In this document: positions 10,498 to 20,032 of the stretch, piece by piece
Numbering within the stretch: position 1 is the first letter of the stretch
Layout: each line of letters begins with the position of its first letter
NCBI GenBank assembly: GCA_004297735.1
Contig: SCTI01000002.1
Coordinates: 160-64,159, forward strand
DNA length: 64,000 nucleotides
Source: Patescibacteria group bacterium
GTDB taxonomy: Bacteria > Patescibacteriota > Saccharimonadia > UBA4664 > SCTI01
Reading direction: 5' to 3'
The notes under the pieces: model-generated
Databases searched by the model: none
What the model was told of the DNA's origin: nothing
What the model saw: the letters and a program-made list of their open reading frames with translations, nothing else
Made by a program: the position numbers and the translations under genes

Positions 10498-11601
10498 CCA
10501 GAATTTGGCTTGGTAGAGCTTGAATCACGCCTATCGCCAAAACAGATCCAGCCCTGGGGCAGGTCTGCCGCCCTGCTTGAGCGGTCGATTAATCTAAGTG
10601 AGTTTGGGGGTGTTATTAAGGTCGGTCGAATCATCTACCAGGGCCCTGCTCGTGACATTAACGAGGCACCTCTCCCCCTTGACGAGCTGGTGGCCGAATC
10701 CGGCAAAACCACCTTTGGGCTAAGTTACTACGGGCTGAATGCCACCACCGCTTTTGTCCGCAAAACCGGGGTTGCTCTTAAAAAACGCTTAAAGGCCGGC
10801 GGATCGGTTAGGTTTGTGGCGCCACAAACCGGCATCCACCTATCGGCCGCTCAGGTAAAATTTAATGGCTTGTTAAAAAATGGCCATGAGTTACTAATAG
10901 TGATTAATAAGCAGCAGATGGTGGTGGCAATTACCGAACAGGTTCAAGATATCGATAGTTACGCCGCGCGCGACCACCAGCGTCCGACTCGCAGCGCCAA
11001 GGTGGGCATGCTACCACCAAAGCTGGCCCAGATTATGGTTAACACCACTCACGGCAATGAGGTTTTTGATCCCTTTTGCGGCACCGGTGTGATTCTACAG
11101 GAGGCGGCCCTGCTTGGACGTCGGGTGGGTGGCTCCGATCTGTCTGCAGATATGGTTTCGGCCACCCGCGAAAATATGAAATGGCTGAATGATATTGCCG
11201 CCTCCGCTATAGCAGCCGACGAGGCGCTTGAAGCCGACGCTAGAGCGGTTAGACTGCCCTCTGCGAAGGCATCAATTGTTTCCGAAGGCTACCTTGGTCC
11301 CAACATGAGCAGTAAGCCCACCTTAAAGCAGTTAGGGCCGATTCGGGATGAAATGCTGGCGCTTTACCGCGATAGTTTACGCAACTGGGCGGAGCAGCTT
11401 GAGTCGGGTTCCGAGATTGCAATTACCGTACCAGCTTGGCAAACCGCCGATGGCGGCCAGCAGCTACTGGGAATTGTTGACCTGCTACCTGATTTAGGGT
11501 ATACTTTGAGGCAGTTTGCGCATGTCCGTAGTGACGCGCTAATATATCGGCGACCAAACCAGATAGTTGGTCGTCAATTATTAATCTTAAGGAAGAGTTA
11601 A
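10468..11601 (+). CDS. putative RNA (guanine-N2/adenine-N6) methyltransferase, Trm11/TrmN-like
   Basis: 377 aa; C-terminal MTase motif DPFCGTGVILQEA with preceding MLPPKLAQIMVN, N-terminal RNA-binding domain. Confidence 0.5.
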   Translation: MNHIVILGRQPEFGLVELESRLSPKQIQPWGRSAALLERSINLSEFGGVIKVGRIIYQGPARDINEAPLPLDELVAESGKTTFGLSYYGLNATTAFVRKTGVALKKRLKAGGSVRFVAPQTGIHLSAAQVKFNGLLKNGHELLIVINKQQMVVAITEQVQDIDSYAARDHQRPTRSAKVGMLPPKLAQIMVNTTHGNEVFDPFCGTGVILQEAALLGRRVGGSDLSADMVSATRENMKWLNDIAASAIAADEALEADARAVRLPSAKASIVSEGYLGPNMSSKPTLKQLGPIRDEMLALYRDSLRNWAEQLESGSEIAITVPAWQTADGGQQLLGIVDLLPDLGYTLRQFAHVRSDALIYRRPNQIVGRQLLILRKS

Positions 11602-11894
11602 TGTCAAAGACAAAAGCTGGCGGTACAGCTAAAAACGTACATGATTCACCAGGACAACGGCTTGGTGTTAAGTTGTTTGGTGGTCAGTTAGCTATTCCTG
11701 GTAACATTATTGTCCGACAGCGCGGCAGCCGTATGGAAGCCGGAGATGGCACCCGCATGGGTAAAGACCATACCATTTTTGCCACCCGAGCCGGGCGGGT
11801 TAAGTTTACCCTTAAGCAGATTACTAAGTTTACTGGCTCAAAGGTTCGTCGTCAGATCGTAAGTATCGAAGACGAGCAGCCAACCAAGAAATAA
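11601..11894 (+). CDS. rpmA: 50S ribosomal protein L27
   Basis: 97 aa; MSKTKAGGTAKNVHDSPGQRLGVK... canonical L27 N-terminus. Confidence 0.9.
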   Translation: MSKTKAGGTAKNVHDSPGQRLGVKLFGGQLAIPGNIIVRQRGSRMEAGDGTRMGKDHTIFATRAGRVKFTLKQITKFTGSKVRRQIVSIEDEQPTKK

Positions 11895-11917
11895 CTTTTA
11901 TATTTAGGTGAATTTAA

Positions 11918-11947
11918 AAAACCGCCATCTTAGGCGGTTTTTTTGTT
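11918..11947. terminator. bidirectional rho-independent terminator
   Basis: AAAAAACCGCC-atctta-GGCGGTTTTTTT. Confidence 0.7.
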
Positions 11948-11966
11948 GCTGTCTTGATCTTAAAAT

Positions 11967-13142
11967 TTACTTCGACAGCTCCTGAATCGCCCGTTCCAGC
12001 TGTGGATCACGGCCGGCGTTCAAGTCAGCCTGCTCCAGCTTAACCTCGATATCAGGCTTAATTCCAACCTTATCAATCCCTTGCCCGCTAGGGGTAAACC
12101 AGTGCGCTACCGTCACCTTAAGCTCAGCGCCATCACCCAGCTTAATTACTTCCTGCACGCTACCCTTACCAAAGCTCTTTTCGCCCAACAGTTGGCCGGC
12201 TTTGTTGTCGCGTAAAGCACCAGCCACAATCTCGCTCGCCGAGGCGCTACCCTCATTAATCAACACCACTAGCGGCAATCCAACCAGCTGGCCGCCACCG
12301 GTAGTCTGGAGTCGCTCAACCGTCCTACCCTGACGCCGCTCCTCTACCACCGTCTTGCCATCAGGCAAGAACTGGCTCGAAACATCAACCGCACCATCCA
12401 AGTACCCACCAGGATTGTTGCGCAGGTCCAAAATCACCTTGGTCGCACCCTGAGCCTTAAGATCAGCGGCGGCCTGCTGGAGCTTAGCTACAGTATCGCT
12501 GCCAAACTGCGTTAGCTGAATATAGCCAATGCCATTCTCTTTCATACTCGACTTAACGCTTGGCACCGTGATCACGTCGCGCACAATCTTAATCTCAATT
12601 GGCTCGCTGCTGCCCCTGATTATCTTAAGCGTTACCTCGCTGCCTTTTGGCCCGCGAATCTTACTTACAGCCTCGTCCAGCGTCATGGTTGAGCTGTCTT
12701 GGCCGTTGATGCTAATAATTACGTCTCCAGCACGCACTCCGGCCTTAGCGGCCGGGCTATCAACAATTGGCGAAACCACGGTCAGCTTGTTGTTGCGAAT
12801 CGCCACCTCGGCGCCTACGCCCGATAAAGTACCATTTAACTGGTCTTCAAGATCCTTGGCTTCCTTTGGCTTAAGGTAAACCGTATAAGGATCTCCCAAT
12901 CCGGCTACCAGCCCGGCCTTCGCACCTTCCAGCGTATCGTTTGGCTTAACCTCACCATCAAACTTTTTAACCAGGGTGTCGTATATCGATGATAGTTCGT
13001 TAAAATCAGGGCGCTCATTTGCGGCCGGACCGCCAAACGTCACCACCGTTGGGGCCAGCTGACCACCAACAAACCCAATCGCTAGCAACACCACCGCTAT
13101 CAGGGTGTTGCGCACACTAAATCGAGAGGGTTCTGGATTCAA
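11967..13142 (-). CDS. ctpA: C-terminal processing peptidase (S41) with PDZ domain
   Basis: 391 aa; N-terminal TM, PDZ, S41 catalytic Ser/Lys region (GSASASEIVAGAL). Confidence 0.8.
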   Translation of the reverse strand: MNPEPSRFSVRNTLIAVVLLAIGFVGGQLAPTVVTFGGPAANERPDFNELSSIYDTLVKKFDGEVKPNDTLEGAKAGLVAGLGDPYTVYLKPKEAKDLEDQLNGTLSGVGAEVAIRNNKLTVVSPIVDSPAAKAGVRAGDVIISINGQDSSTMTLDEAVSKIRGPKGSEVTLKIIRGSSEPIEIKIVRDVITVPSVKSSMKENGIGYIQLTQFGSDTVAKLQQAAADLKAQGATKVILDLRNNPGGYLDGAVDVSSQFLPDGKTVVEERRQGRTVERLQTTGGGQLVGLPLVVLINEGSASASEIVAGALRDNKAGQLLGEKSFGKGSVQEVIKLGDGAELKVTVAHWFTPSGQGIDKVGIKPDIEVKLEQADLNAGRDPQLERAIQELSK

Positions 13143-13164
13143 AAACTTACCTTTTATTAACTAA

Positions 13165-14295
13165 TTAGAAGTGGATAAAGTACAAATTATCTGATGGGAT
13201 AGTCATTACACTGTATTCGCCAGCGTTATTGAAATTATACTGACTTACAGTAATCATACGTCCTGAAACTGATTCAACATACATAGCATGGCCATATGGC
13301 CCGGCAGTTGTAATGGCAACATCTCCTGGTCGAGGGCTTCCATCAACAGGTATGCCTTCGGCTTGGGCGTTTCCAGGCCACTGCTTGGCGTTCCCCCTAC
13401 CTCCCCAGTATGGCATACGACGTCCGGAATTGGCTACTCGGAAGGCGGTGTAGCTAACACATTCTCGGTTATACATACCCCATCTATCTATAAGTGTGTC
13501 TTTCGGGGCATTACACCATGTGGATGGATAGCCTCCCCCGCAAGGGGTGCCTCCGGAAGGTATGCCTCCAAAACGTGATGCCAAAATAGCCGCTTGCTGC
13601 TTTTTAAGCTCCTCGGCCTTGGCTGAGCTGGCCTTAGCCTGCTCGGCGTACTTCGCCTCATCACCCCTGGTCGAAGCCAAAAGATTTGACTGCTCATTTT
13701 GCTGAATTGCCAACGCCTGAGATAAATTAGTCTGGTTTCTAATTGCCAAATCTAAATCAGCCTGCTGCTTTTCTAGCTCTTCCTTTTGTCGCTGAACCTC
13801 TTTAGCGGCTTCCTGAACGTGATCCTTTAAGGTGTCTAAGTACTGCTGGCGGTCAACATACTCGCTAAAGCTTCGGCTCGAAGCCAACATTTCGAGTGGC
13901 GAAACCTTAGACTCCTGGTAGATAACGCGGACGTTCTCGTCTAGCACCTGCTTTTTTAATGCCAGTTTATCTTTGGCATCATTAATATCTTGAGTTAGCT
14001 TCTGAGCCTTGGCCTTGTTAGCGGCAATTTGCGAGCGAATCGCCTGCGACTGCGCCGCAATCTCGGCCAGCTTGTTGGCCAGCGTGTCGCCCTGAGTTCT
14101 TAAGGTAGCCGCCTGCTGTTGGTTGCGAGCCGCATCGGCGTTAGCGGCCGCGATTTGCTCCTCTAGCGTGGCGGCGTGGGCCGCTACCGGCGCCAACACC
14201 AAACCCAACGCTAGAACCAGCGCTGTTATGGTTTTAAAACTGAAATTTTTGTTTTTTGGTGAAACCATACTAATTAGGTGTTCGCCCCTTAACAC
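13165..14295 (-). CDS. PcsB-like peptidoglycan hydrolase (coiled-coil + CHAP domain)
   Basis: 376 aa; signal peptide, long coiled-coil, C-terminal CHAP Cys/His (WCNAPKD ... GHAMYV); sits next to ftsEX. Confidence 0.6.
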   Translation of the reverse strand: MLRGEHLISMVSPKNKNFSFKTITALVLALGLVLAPVAAHAATLEEQIAAANADAARNQQQAATLRTQGDTLANKLAEIAAQSQAIRSQIAANKAKAQKLTQDINDAKDKLALKKQVLDENVRVIYQESKVSPLEMLASSRSFSEYVDRQQYLDTLKDHVQEAAKEVQRQKEELEKQQADLDLAIRNQTNLSQALAIQQNEQSNLLASTRGDEAKYAEQAKASSAKAEELKKQQAAILASRFGGIPSGGTPCGGGYPSTWCNAPKDTLIDRWGMYNRECVSYTAFRVANSGRRMPYWGGRGNAKQWPGNAQAEGIPVDGSPRPGDVAITTAGPYGHAMYVESVSGRMITVSQYNFNNAGEYSVMTIPSDNLYFIHF

Positions 14296-14417
14296 TGTTT
14301 ACTATACCCCTTTAGGTTTAATAATTCAATAGCGGTTATGATTCAGGCGCCTTAGCGCTTACGCCAAGAGCACGAGAGGTATTATGGCTGAGTTTTAATC
14401 TGGAATCAACCGGCTAA

Positions 14418-15341
14418 TTATAGCTTGAGATAGCGTTTTAGGGCGACCATACTCGAAGCGGTGCCAATTAAAATTCCTAAAGCCAAAAGCGCAAACACCA
14501 CCAGCACCACATTATCTTGGAGCAGCTTAACTACGATTCCGGTGTCGACGTAGTTACCAAGCCGCGGCGCCCCCTTTAAGATCACGGTGTAGGTAAACGC
14601 AATCGCGATAAAGGCCGCAATAATGCCATACAGGGCGGCCTCAAAAATGAACGGCCCACGAATATACCAGTTGGTAGCGCCCACCAGCTTCATGATCTCA
14701 ATCTCCTCCCGGCGGGTAAAGATGGCCATGCGGATGGTGTTAAAGATGATCAAGGTTGAGATGATCACGAACACGACCGAGGCAGCCAGCCCGGTAGCCT
14801 TAAAGAAGTTTGAGGTTTGAATGATCCGGTCGATGGTGGCCTTGCGATCGCCACTGTAGCTAATCGGCTCCCGATCAGCCAGTAGCGGCTTGAACTCCGA
14901 CTGGTTCACCACCGCCGTAATTGGGTCGAGCTTGTTTGGGTCCTTGGCTTTAATTTGGAGCGAAGCCGGCAACGGGTTATCGGTCTCGGTTACCGCCTCG
15001 AGCAGCTTGGGGTTATCCTTGTTTTGCTCACGATACTGCTTGAGCGCCTCGGCCTTGGTCACCAAAACCACTCCCTGAACGTTATCGGTCTGCTCTAACT
15101 TAACCTTGAGTGCCTTAATTTGATCGGGGGTGGCGGAGTCCTTAAGGTACACCGACACATCAATCTTACCAACCACCTCTTTAATGGTTGAGTTGAGGGC
15201 GACGGTGGCCACGTAAGAGACGGCTACCAGAGTAAGCGTAATGGTCATGACGGCTGTAGCGGCGGTGCTTAGCCAAGCGTTGCGGGCAAAGTTGTGCAGC
15301 CCGGTCTTGGTGATCCGGGCGGCTGTTAGCGGATTGATCAT
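14418..15341 (-). CDS. ftsX: cell division permease FtsX
   Basis: 307 aa; 4 TM with large extracellular loop, overlaps ftsE. Confidence 0.8.
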   Translation of the reverse strand: MINPLTAARITKTGLHNFARNAWLSTAATAVMTITLTLVAVSYVATVALNSTIKEVVGKIDVSVYLKDSATPDQIKALKVKLEQTDNVQGVVLVTKAEALKQYREQNKDNPKLLEAVTETDNPLPASLQIKAKDPNKLDPITAVVNQSEFKPLLADREPISYSGDRKATIDRIIQTSNFFKATGLAASVVFVIISTLIIFNTIRMAIFTRREEIEIMKLVGATNWYIRGPFIFEAALYGIIAAFIAIAFTYTVILKGAPRLGNYVDTGIVVKLLQDNVVLVVFALLALGILIGTASSMVALKRYLKL

Positions 15342-16018
15342 AGAGCGTACTTCCCCTGCTCTTCGTCCTTGATGATCCGGCCGCGCTGAATGGTAATAAC
15401 CCGCCGCTTGAGCGAGTTTACGATCTCTTTGTTGTGAGTGGTTAACAGGACGGTGGTGCCAAACCGGTTAATCTTTAGCAATAATTCAATGATTTCCCAA
15501 GCATTCTTGGGGTCCAGGTTGCCGGTAGGCTCATCGGCCACCAGGATCTTGGGTTGGCGAACAAGGGCGCGCGCAATCGCGACACGCTGGCGCTCACCAC
15601 CGGATAGTTCGCGCGGAAAGTTCTTTTCTTTACCGCTGAGGCCGACCAGCTGAAGCACGCGGGGCACGCTGCGCTTAATCTCACGGTTGGGAGCGCCGGC
15701 CACCTCAAGCGCAAAGGCCACGTTTTCGTGCACGTTACGGCTTGGTAGTAGCTTAAAGTCCTGGAACACCACGCCAATTCGGCGGCGCAGGTGCGGCACG
15801 TTCTTATACACAATGGTGTCATAATCCAGCCCGCCCACAATAATCTTGCCGGAACTTTGAACCTCTTCGCGGGTAAGCAGTTTAATCAGCGTCGATTTGC
15901 CAGCACCGGACGCACCCACGATAGTCACAAACTCCTTGGGTTGGATGTGCAGATTCAGCCCGCTTAGGGCAATCTGCTTGTTCGGGTACATTTTGGTAAC
16001 GCGATCAAACAGTATCAC
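15338..16018 (-). CDS. ftsE: cell division ATP-binding protein FtsE
   Basis: 226 aa ABC ATPase; Walker A GASGAGKST, signature LSGGERQR, Walker B. Confidence 0.9.
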   Translation of the reverse strand: MILFDRVTKMYPNKQIALSGLNLHIQPKEFVTIVGASGAGKSTLIKLLTREEVQSSGKIIVGGLDYDTIVYKNVPHLRRRIGVVFQDFKLLPSRNVHENVAFALEVAGAPNREIKRSVPRVLQLVGLSGKEKNFPRELSGGERQRVAIARALVRQPKILVADEPTGNLDPKNAWEIIELLLKINRFGTTVLLTTHNKEIVNSLKRRVITIQRGRIIKDEEQGKYAL

Positions 16019-16068
16019 GTGGCTATTTTAGCACTAATGAGCCTATAGCCAAAGTGTTTATGGTTCTT

Positions 16069-17178
16069 TTATTGACCAACCCGACTCGACAGATACGCCT
16101 CAATAAATGGATCTAGATCGCCATCTAGCACCGCCCCCGCCTGACTGGTTTCATGCTTGGTACGCTCATCCTTTACCTTGGTATAGGGGTGCAGCACATA
16201 ATTGCGAATTTGGTTGCCCCAGGCTGCCTCCTGGTTCTCGCCGCGTAACTCACCCAGCTCAGTCTTTTGCTGCTGCAACATTAGCGCAGTTAACCGAGCT
16301 TTAAGAATTGCCAAGGCTTTTTCTTTGTTCTGCAGCTGACTGCGCTCGTTTTGAATCGCGACTACGGTACCGGTCGGAATATGGGTAATCCGAACCGCCG
16401 AATCGGTGGTGTTAACGCTCTGGCCACCGTGACCACCGCTCCGATACACATCCACTCGCAAGTCTTGCTCATCCAGCTCAAACTCTTCGGGGCGATCCAG
16501 CTGTGGCAACACCTCAACCCGAGCAAAGCTGGTTTGGCGCTTAGCATCAGCATTAAATGGACTTTGACGGACCAGACGATGCACTCCGCTCTCCCCCTTT
16601 AGCTTGCCGTAAGCGTACTGGCCATTAACCTCAACCGTCACGCTCTTAATGCCAGCCTCCTCGCCGTCGGACCGCTCAACCACCTCGGCCTTCCAGCCGG
16701 CCTTTTCAAAATACCGTAAATACATCCGCAGCAGCATCTCGGCCCAGTCCTGGGCATCGGTGCCACCAGCACCGGCAAAGATAGAAATAATAGCGTTGTT
16801 GCGATCGTAAGTACCCGACAGTTTCAGCTCAAACTCTTTGGCGGCAAAAGCCTGCTGCAAGCGCTCCAGGTTGGCCTGCAGATCGCCGGCCATCGACTCG
16901 TCGCCCAGCTCGGCCAGCTCCTTAGCTACCATTACGTCCTTATGTAAACCAACCCACTCCTCTAAATGACTCCTTAGCCCTGCCGCCTGCTGGCTAATCG
17001 CCGCCGCGGCTTGCGAGTCATCCCAGAATCCTGGCGCCTGCATCTGAGCATCAAGCTCCTCCAAGCGTCCCTGCTCGGCCTCGAGCCCCAAGCGCCGCAT
17101 GGCCTCCTCGACCAGCAGCTGTAGCTCAACAAACTGTTTAACAATTGATTGCATGATGAATATTATACCTGAAACCAC
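16069..17178 (-). CDS. prfB: peptide chain release factor 2
   Basis: SPF motif (RQSPFNA) and GGQ; single continuous frame (no programmed +1 frameshift); true start probably MQSIVKQ at 17151. Confidence 0.85.
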   Translation of the reverse strand: MVSGIIFIMQSIVKQFVELQLLVEEAMRRLGLEAEQGRLEELDAQMQAPGFWDDSQAAAAISQQAAGLRSHLEEWVGLHKDVMVAKELAELGDESMAGDLQANLERLQQAFAAKEFELKLSGTYDRNNAIISIFAGAGGTDAQDWAEMLLRMYLRYFEKAGWKAEVVERSDGEEAGIKSVTVEVNGQYAYGKLKGESGVHRLVRQSPFNADAKRQTSFARVEVLPQLDRPEEFELDEQDLRVDVYRSGGHGGQSVNTTDSAVRITHIPTGTVVAIQNERSQLQNKEKALAILKARLTALMLQQQKTELGELRGENQEAAWGNQIRNYVLHPYTKVKDERTKHETSQAGAVLDGDLDPFIEAYLSSRVGQ

Positions 17179-17211
17179 AAAAAGCCCCGTACCTGATACC
17201 TTTACCGGTAT
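17170..17211 (-). terminator. rho-independent terminator of the LPxTG protein gene
   Basis: hairpin GCCCCGTACCTGATACC-ttt-ACCGGTATCCGATGGGGC followed by T5 on the minus strand. Confidence 0.55.
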
Positions 17212-17307
17212 CCGATGGGGCGATTTGTGGGCTTATCGCGTGCGACAAGCGCCAACTAGAGTAACGGGCCCGAAGGCCCGCTGCCTCTAATTAACGATGC
17301 GTTAACC

Positions 17308-18036
17308 TTATCGGTTGAGTAGCTTTTTAGCCAAGGCACGCTTACTGCGGCGGTAAGCCATCACAGCGTAACCAAGAGCACCACTACCAGCCATGGCCAT
17401 CAGGCCAGCCTCAGGACCGGTCTCCGGAAGAGTGGTCGGCTGAGCGGCGGCTGGGGTAGCCGGAGTCTTTGGCTGCTCGGTAGTAGTAGTTGGGCAGTCA
17501 ACCTGGGCCTTAAACTGGACGAAACGAATCTGTTGGGTCGAAACACCAACGCTAGAAACGGTAACGCCACCGTTTAAGATGCCGTCGGGCAGGCTATTCA
17601 AAACCACGTTGTTCGGGTCAAGCAGCTGGGTGCTACCTGGAACATAGCTCAAACGAGCGGCACTTGAAAGGTTTACACCCGCAGTGTCGGTAATCTGAGT
17701 TGGGTTGGCGTCAGCAGCGGTTACGGTAACCATTGAGCTGTGACTGGTTCCAACAGTGGTAGGCAAAGTAGCCTTAACGTTAACATTGTTGATTGGGTCT
17801 GGACCCGGGTTGTGAATACGTACCTTAAAGGTAACAACCTCACATGGTTTGGCGGTTACAGGATCACCAAAAGTGGTGTTCTGAGTATCGTTCTTTACGC
17901 GATAGATGTTACCGCCCTCGATCTGACCGGCGGCCATTACGGGGGTAGCAACTAAGCTGACGACTGCAACAGCAGCTACAGCGGAAGTCTTAAGATTGAA
18001 GTTCATAGTCTTCTCCTTTCTGATGCTTTCGCACAC
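17308..18036 (-). CDS. LPxTG cell-wall-anchored surface protein
   Basis: 242 aa; signal peptide, C-terminal LPETG + hydrophobic stretch + RRSKR tail; host-like GC. Confidence 0.6.
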   Translation of the reverse strand: MCESIRKEKTMNFNLKTSAVAAVAVVSLVATPVMAAGQIEGGNIYRVKNDTQNTTFGDPVTAKPCEVVTFKVRIHNPGPDPINNVNVKATLPTTVGTSHSSMVTVTAADANPTQITDTAGVNLSSAARLSYVPGSTQLLDPNNVVLNSLPDGILNGGVTVSSVGVSTQQIRFVQFKAQVDCPTTTTEQPKTPATPAAAQPTTLPETGPEAGLMAMAGSGALGYAVMAYRRSKRALAKKLLNR

Positions 18037-18156
18037 AGAAAATTAGTTATCTTACGAAGTGATTCGTTAACGCATGTTATTTAGTTGTAAACGTACCACC
18101 TCTGTAAGAGAGACGGTAGACAGGCTAGATAGTCACAGATTATCAAGTTGGGTTGG

Positions 18157-18182
18157 GGCGGGGCTCGAAAGCCCCACCCCAT
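18157..18182 (-). terminator. GC-rich hairpin without U-tract (actinobacterial-style terminator)
   Basis: GGGGTGGGGC-tttcgag-CCCCGCCCC immediately 3' of the foreign gene. Confidence 0.4.
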
Positions 18183-18194
18183 TGATACCCAGAA

Positions 18195-19517
18195 CTAGTG
18201 CATCGCCGCGGTCACCGTGGTGGTGGTCCCCGGTGTGTCCGAGTCGGTGATGACGACCGCGGAGTCGAACGACCCGGGTGTCCCGGGCGTCTCGGCCTTG
18301 ACGTCGGTGTTACCCGTCGTCGTGACCGTGCCGCCGGTGCCGGTCGCGGTAGCCGTGATCGTCACCATGCCCGCGACCGAAGTCGCCCACATGGTCACCC
18401 GGTAGCACTTGGTGCCGGTCGGGCACGGTGTGCCATCCCAGCGGTACGGAACCGAGATCTTGCCGGCAAACCAGGCCGACGCGTTGCCGCTGGTGATGAC
18501 CGCGTCACCGCTGGCGCCTTCACCCGAAGCCTCGTAGTAAACCTGGCAGTTGCCAGTCACGAAGATGTGGGCGCAGGTCGTCAGCTGGATCGACGGCGGT
18601 GGAATCACCGGCGGAGGCGGCGTGACCGGGGGCGGCGGCGGAGGCGGAACCTCCTTCTTGCAGATATCCCCGTTCACCGTCACGTAGTTGCCGTTGCCGA
18701 CCACCACGATGCTGCACTCCGCAACGATCACGAAGCACTGCTGGATCTGCGAGTTCCACACGTGGTTCTGCTCGGCCTTGCACTGCTGCTCAGCCGAAAC
18801 CACCTGGCCGGGGGTTGCGGTTGGCGGGACCTCAGCCGTCGGCGGGATCTTGCGAACCAGCCGCCTCTTGACCGACTTGACCTTCTTGACGAAGGCCCGG
18901 ACATACGTCTTGCACTTCTGCCACTTCTTGCCGGCCACCACGTTACGGCAGTAGGCCTTCATGAAGGGGCGATACGAGACGCACTCCTTGTACTTCTGGT
19001 GGTAGGTGGTGCTCGTCTCGATCGTCTCGTCGACGTACACCTCCGTCTCACCGGTCGCGTCGTTGTGCACGAACTGCTCCGGCGAGATCGAGATGACCTT
19101 GCTGGTGGGCTTCCCCACCGGCTTCGGCTTCCCGACCCGCTTCTTGCTCGTCGACCGAACGGCCAGCACACCCATGTGGGAATGCCGGTAGTTGCCGTCG
19201 AATGTCGAGTAGACGCCCCCGCTGCACGAGGTGTTGAACGACAGCGTGTAGCCGCCCGGGGTGGTCGTGAAGACCACCTTCGGCGACTGCAGGAACGCCA
19301 TGACCGACTGGTCCTGGTGCATGTAGCCCTGCTCGATGAGCTTGCGCTTCATCGAAGGCAGGAACTTCTTGCCCGCCGGCGTCTTGTAATACGCGACGGC
19401 GCCGGCCTTCGAGGTGAAGCCCGGACCGCAGTACGCCTGGGCCGGCGCGGCGGCGCCGAACGACATCAGGATCGCCGCCACCACGGCGGCGATCGACAGC
19501 ATGACCTTGCGGAACAT
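18195..19517 (-). CDS. secreted Cys-rich protein with poly-Pro linker, high-GC (foreign)
   Basis: start MFRKVMLSIAAVVAAILMSFGAAAPAQA (signal peptide) with RBS GGAGGT; many Cys, PPPPPPPVTPPPPVIPPP linker, Thr/Gly-rich C-terminus; about 65% GC; the longer ORF to 19781 has no RBS. Confidence 0.5.
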   Translation of the reverse strand: MFRKVMLSIAAVVAAILMSFGAAAPAQAYCGPGFTSKAGAVAYYKTPAGKKFLPSMKRKLIEQGYMHQDQSVMAFLQSPKVVFTTTPGGYTLSFNTSCSGGVYSTFDGNYRHSHMGVLAVRSTSKKRVGKPKPVGKPTSKVISISPEQFVHNDATGETEVYVDETIETSTTYHQKYKECVSYRPFMKAYCRNVVAGKKWQKCKTYVRAFVKKVKSVKRRLVRKIPPTAEVPPTATPGQVVSAEQQCKAEQNHVWNSQIQQCFVIVAECSIVVVGNGNYVTVNGDICKKEVPPPPPPPVTPPPPVIPPPSIQLTTCAHIFVTGNCQVYYEASGEGASGDAVITSGNASAWFAGKISVPYRWDGTPCPTGTKCYRVTMWATSVAGMVTITATATGTGGTVTTTGNTDVKAETPGTPGSFDSAVVITDSDTPGTTTTVTAAMH

Positions 19518-19882
19518 GGTGACCTCCAGGGTCGTGGGACGGATGAACTTGATGAATCGGCTGACGAACTTGTCAGCCGTCTGGCGGGTGAGGTGCACGT
19601 TGGGCATGACCCCTCCTTTCGGATGGCTGACAAGACTACCGCGTAGCCCAACTACGCGGTTACGGTGATGTGTACCGAAACCTGGGAATATATCGTGGGC
19701 GGCACAAATATATTCCCAGAGTACGGCACACAGCCTAATCGCGTAGAGGACTGTGCAAATGTCTAGTTCTATAGGTATCAAGGGTCTTGATGACCCATGA
19801 CTATCTAGCTTGTCAATGTCCCCTCATCTGAACCAGTTCGGTTGATTTCTCCACCTCACCTCTGTTCTTCAGAGTGAATATA

Positions 19883-19911
19883 ACAATATATCATGCTTAT
19901 GCATTTTTGTC
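19883..19911 (-). promoter_or_regulatory. sigma70-like promoter, conserved module ATTGACAAAA
   Basis: minus strand TTGACA-17 nt-TATATT about 350 nt upstream of the secreted-protein start; AT-rich spacer. Confidence 0.5.
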
Positions 19912-20032
19912 AATACTTAAGCTGTATAAAATGCTTATGATTTTAGTGCATTCTCATAAGATATAATTCCTGTGCTTGGGGCCAGATCGTACAATCTGAT
20001 CTGACCCCAGTTCTCTATCTATTCCGAACCTG

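Noticed and set aside
16069-17178. programmed +1 frameshift in prfB
   Set aside because: The RF2 reading frame is continuous from the N-terminus through the SPF and GGQ motifs. No in-frame UGA or shifty CUU U site is needed, so there is no frameshift in this lineage.
18198-19646. 482-aa Arg-rich plus-strand ORF
   Set aside because: Antisense to the secreted-protein gene in a 65% GC region. Poly-Arg/Gly/Asp composition with no RBS is the usual spurious reverse-frame ORF in high-GC DNA.
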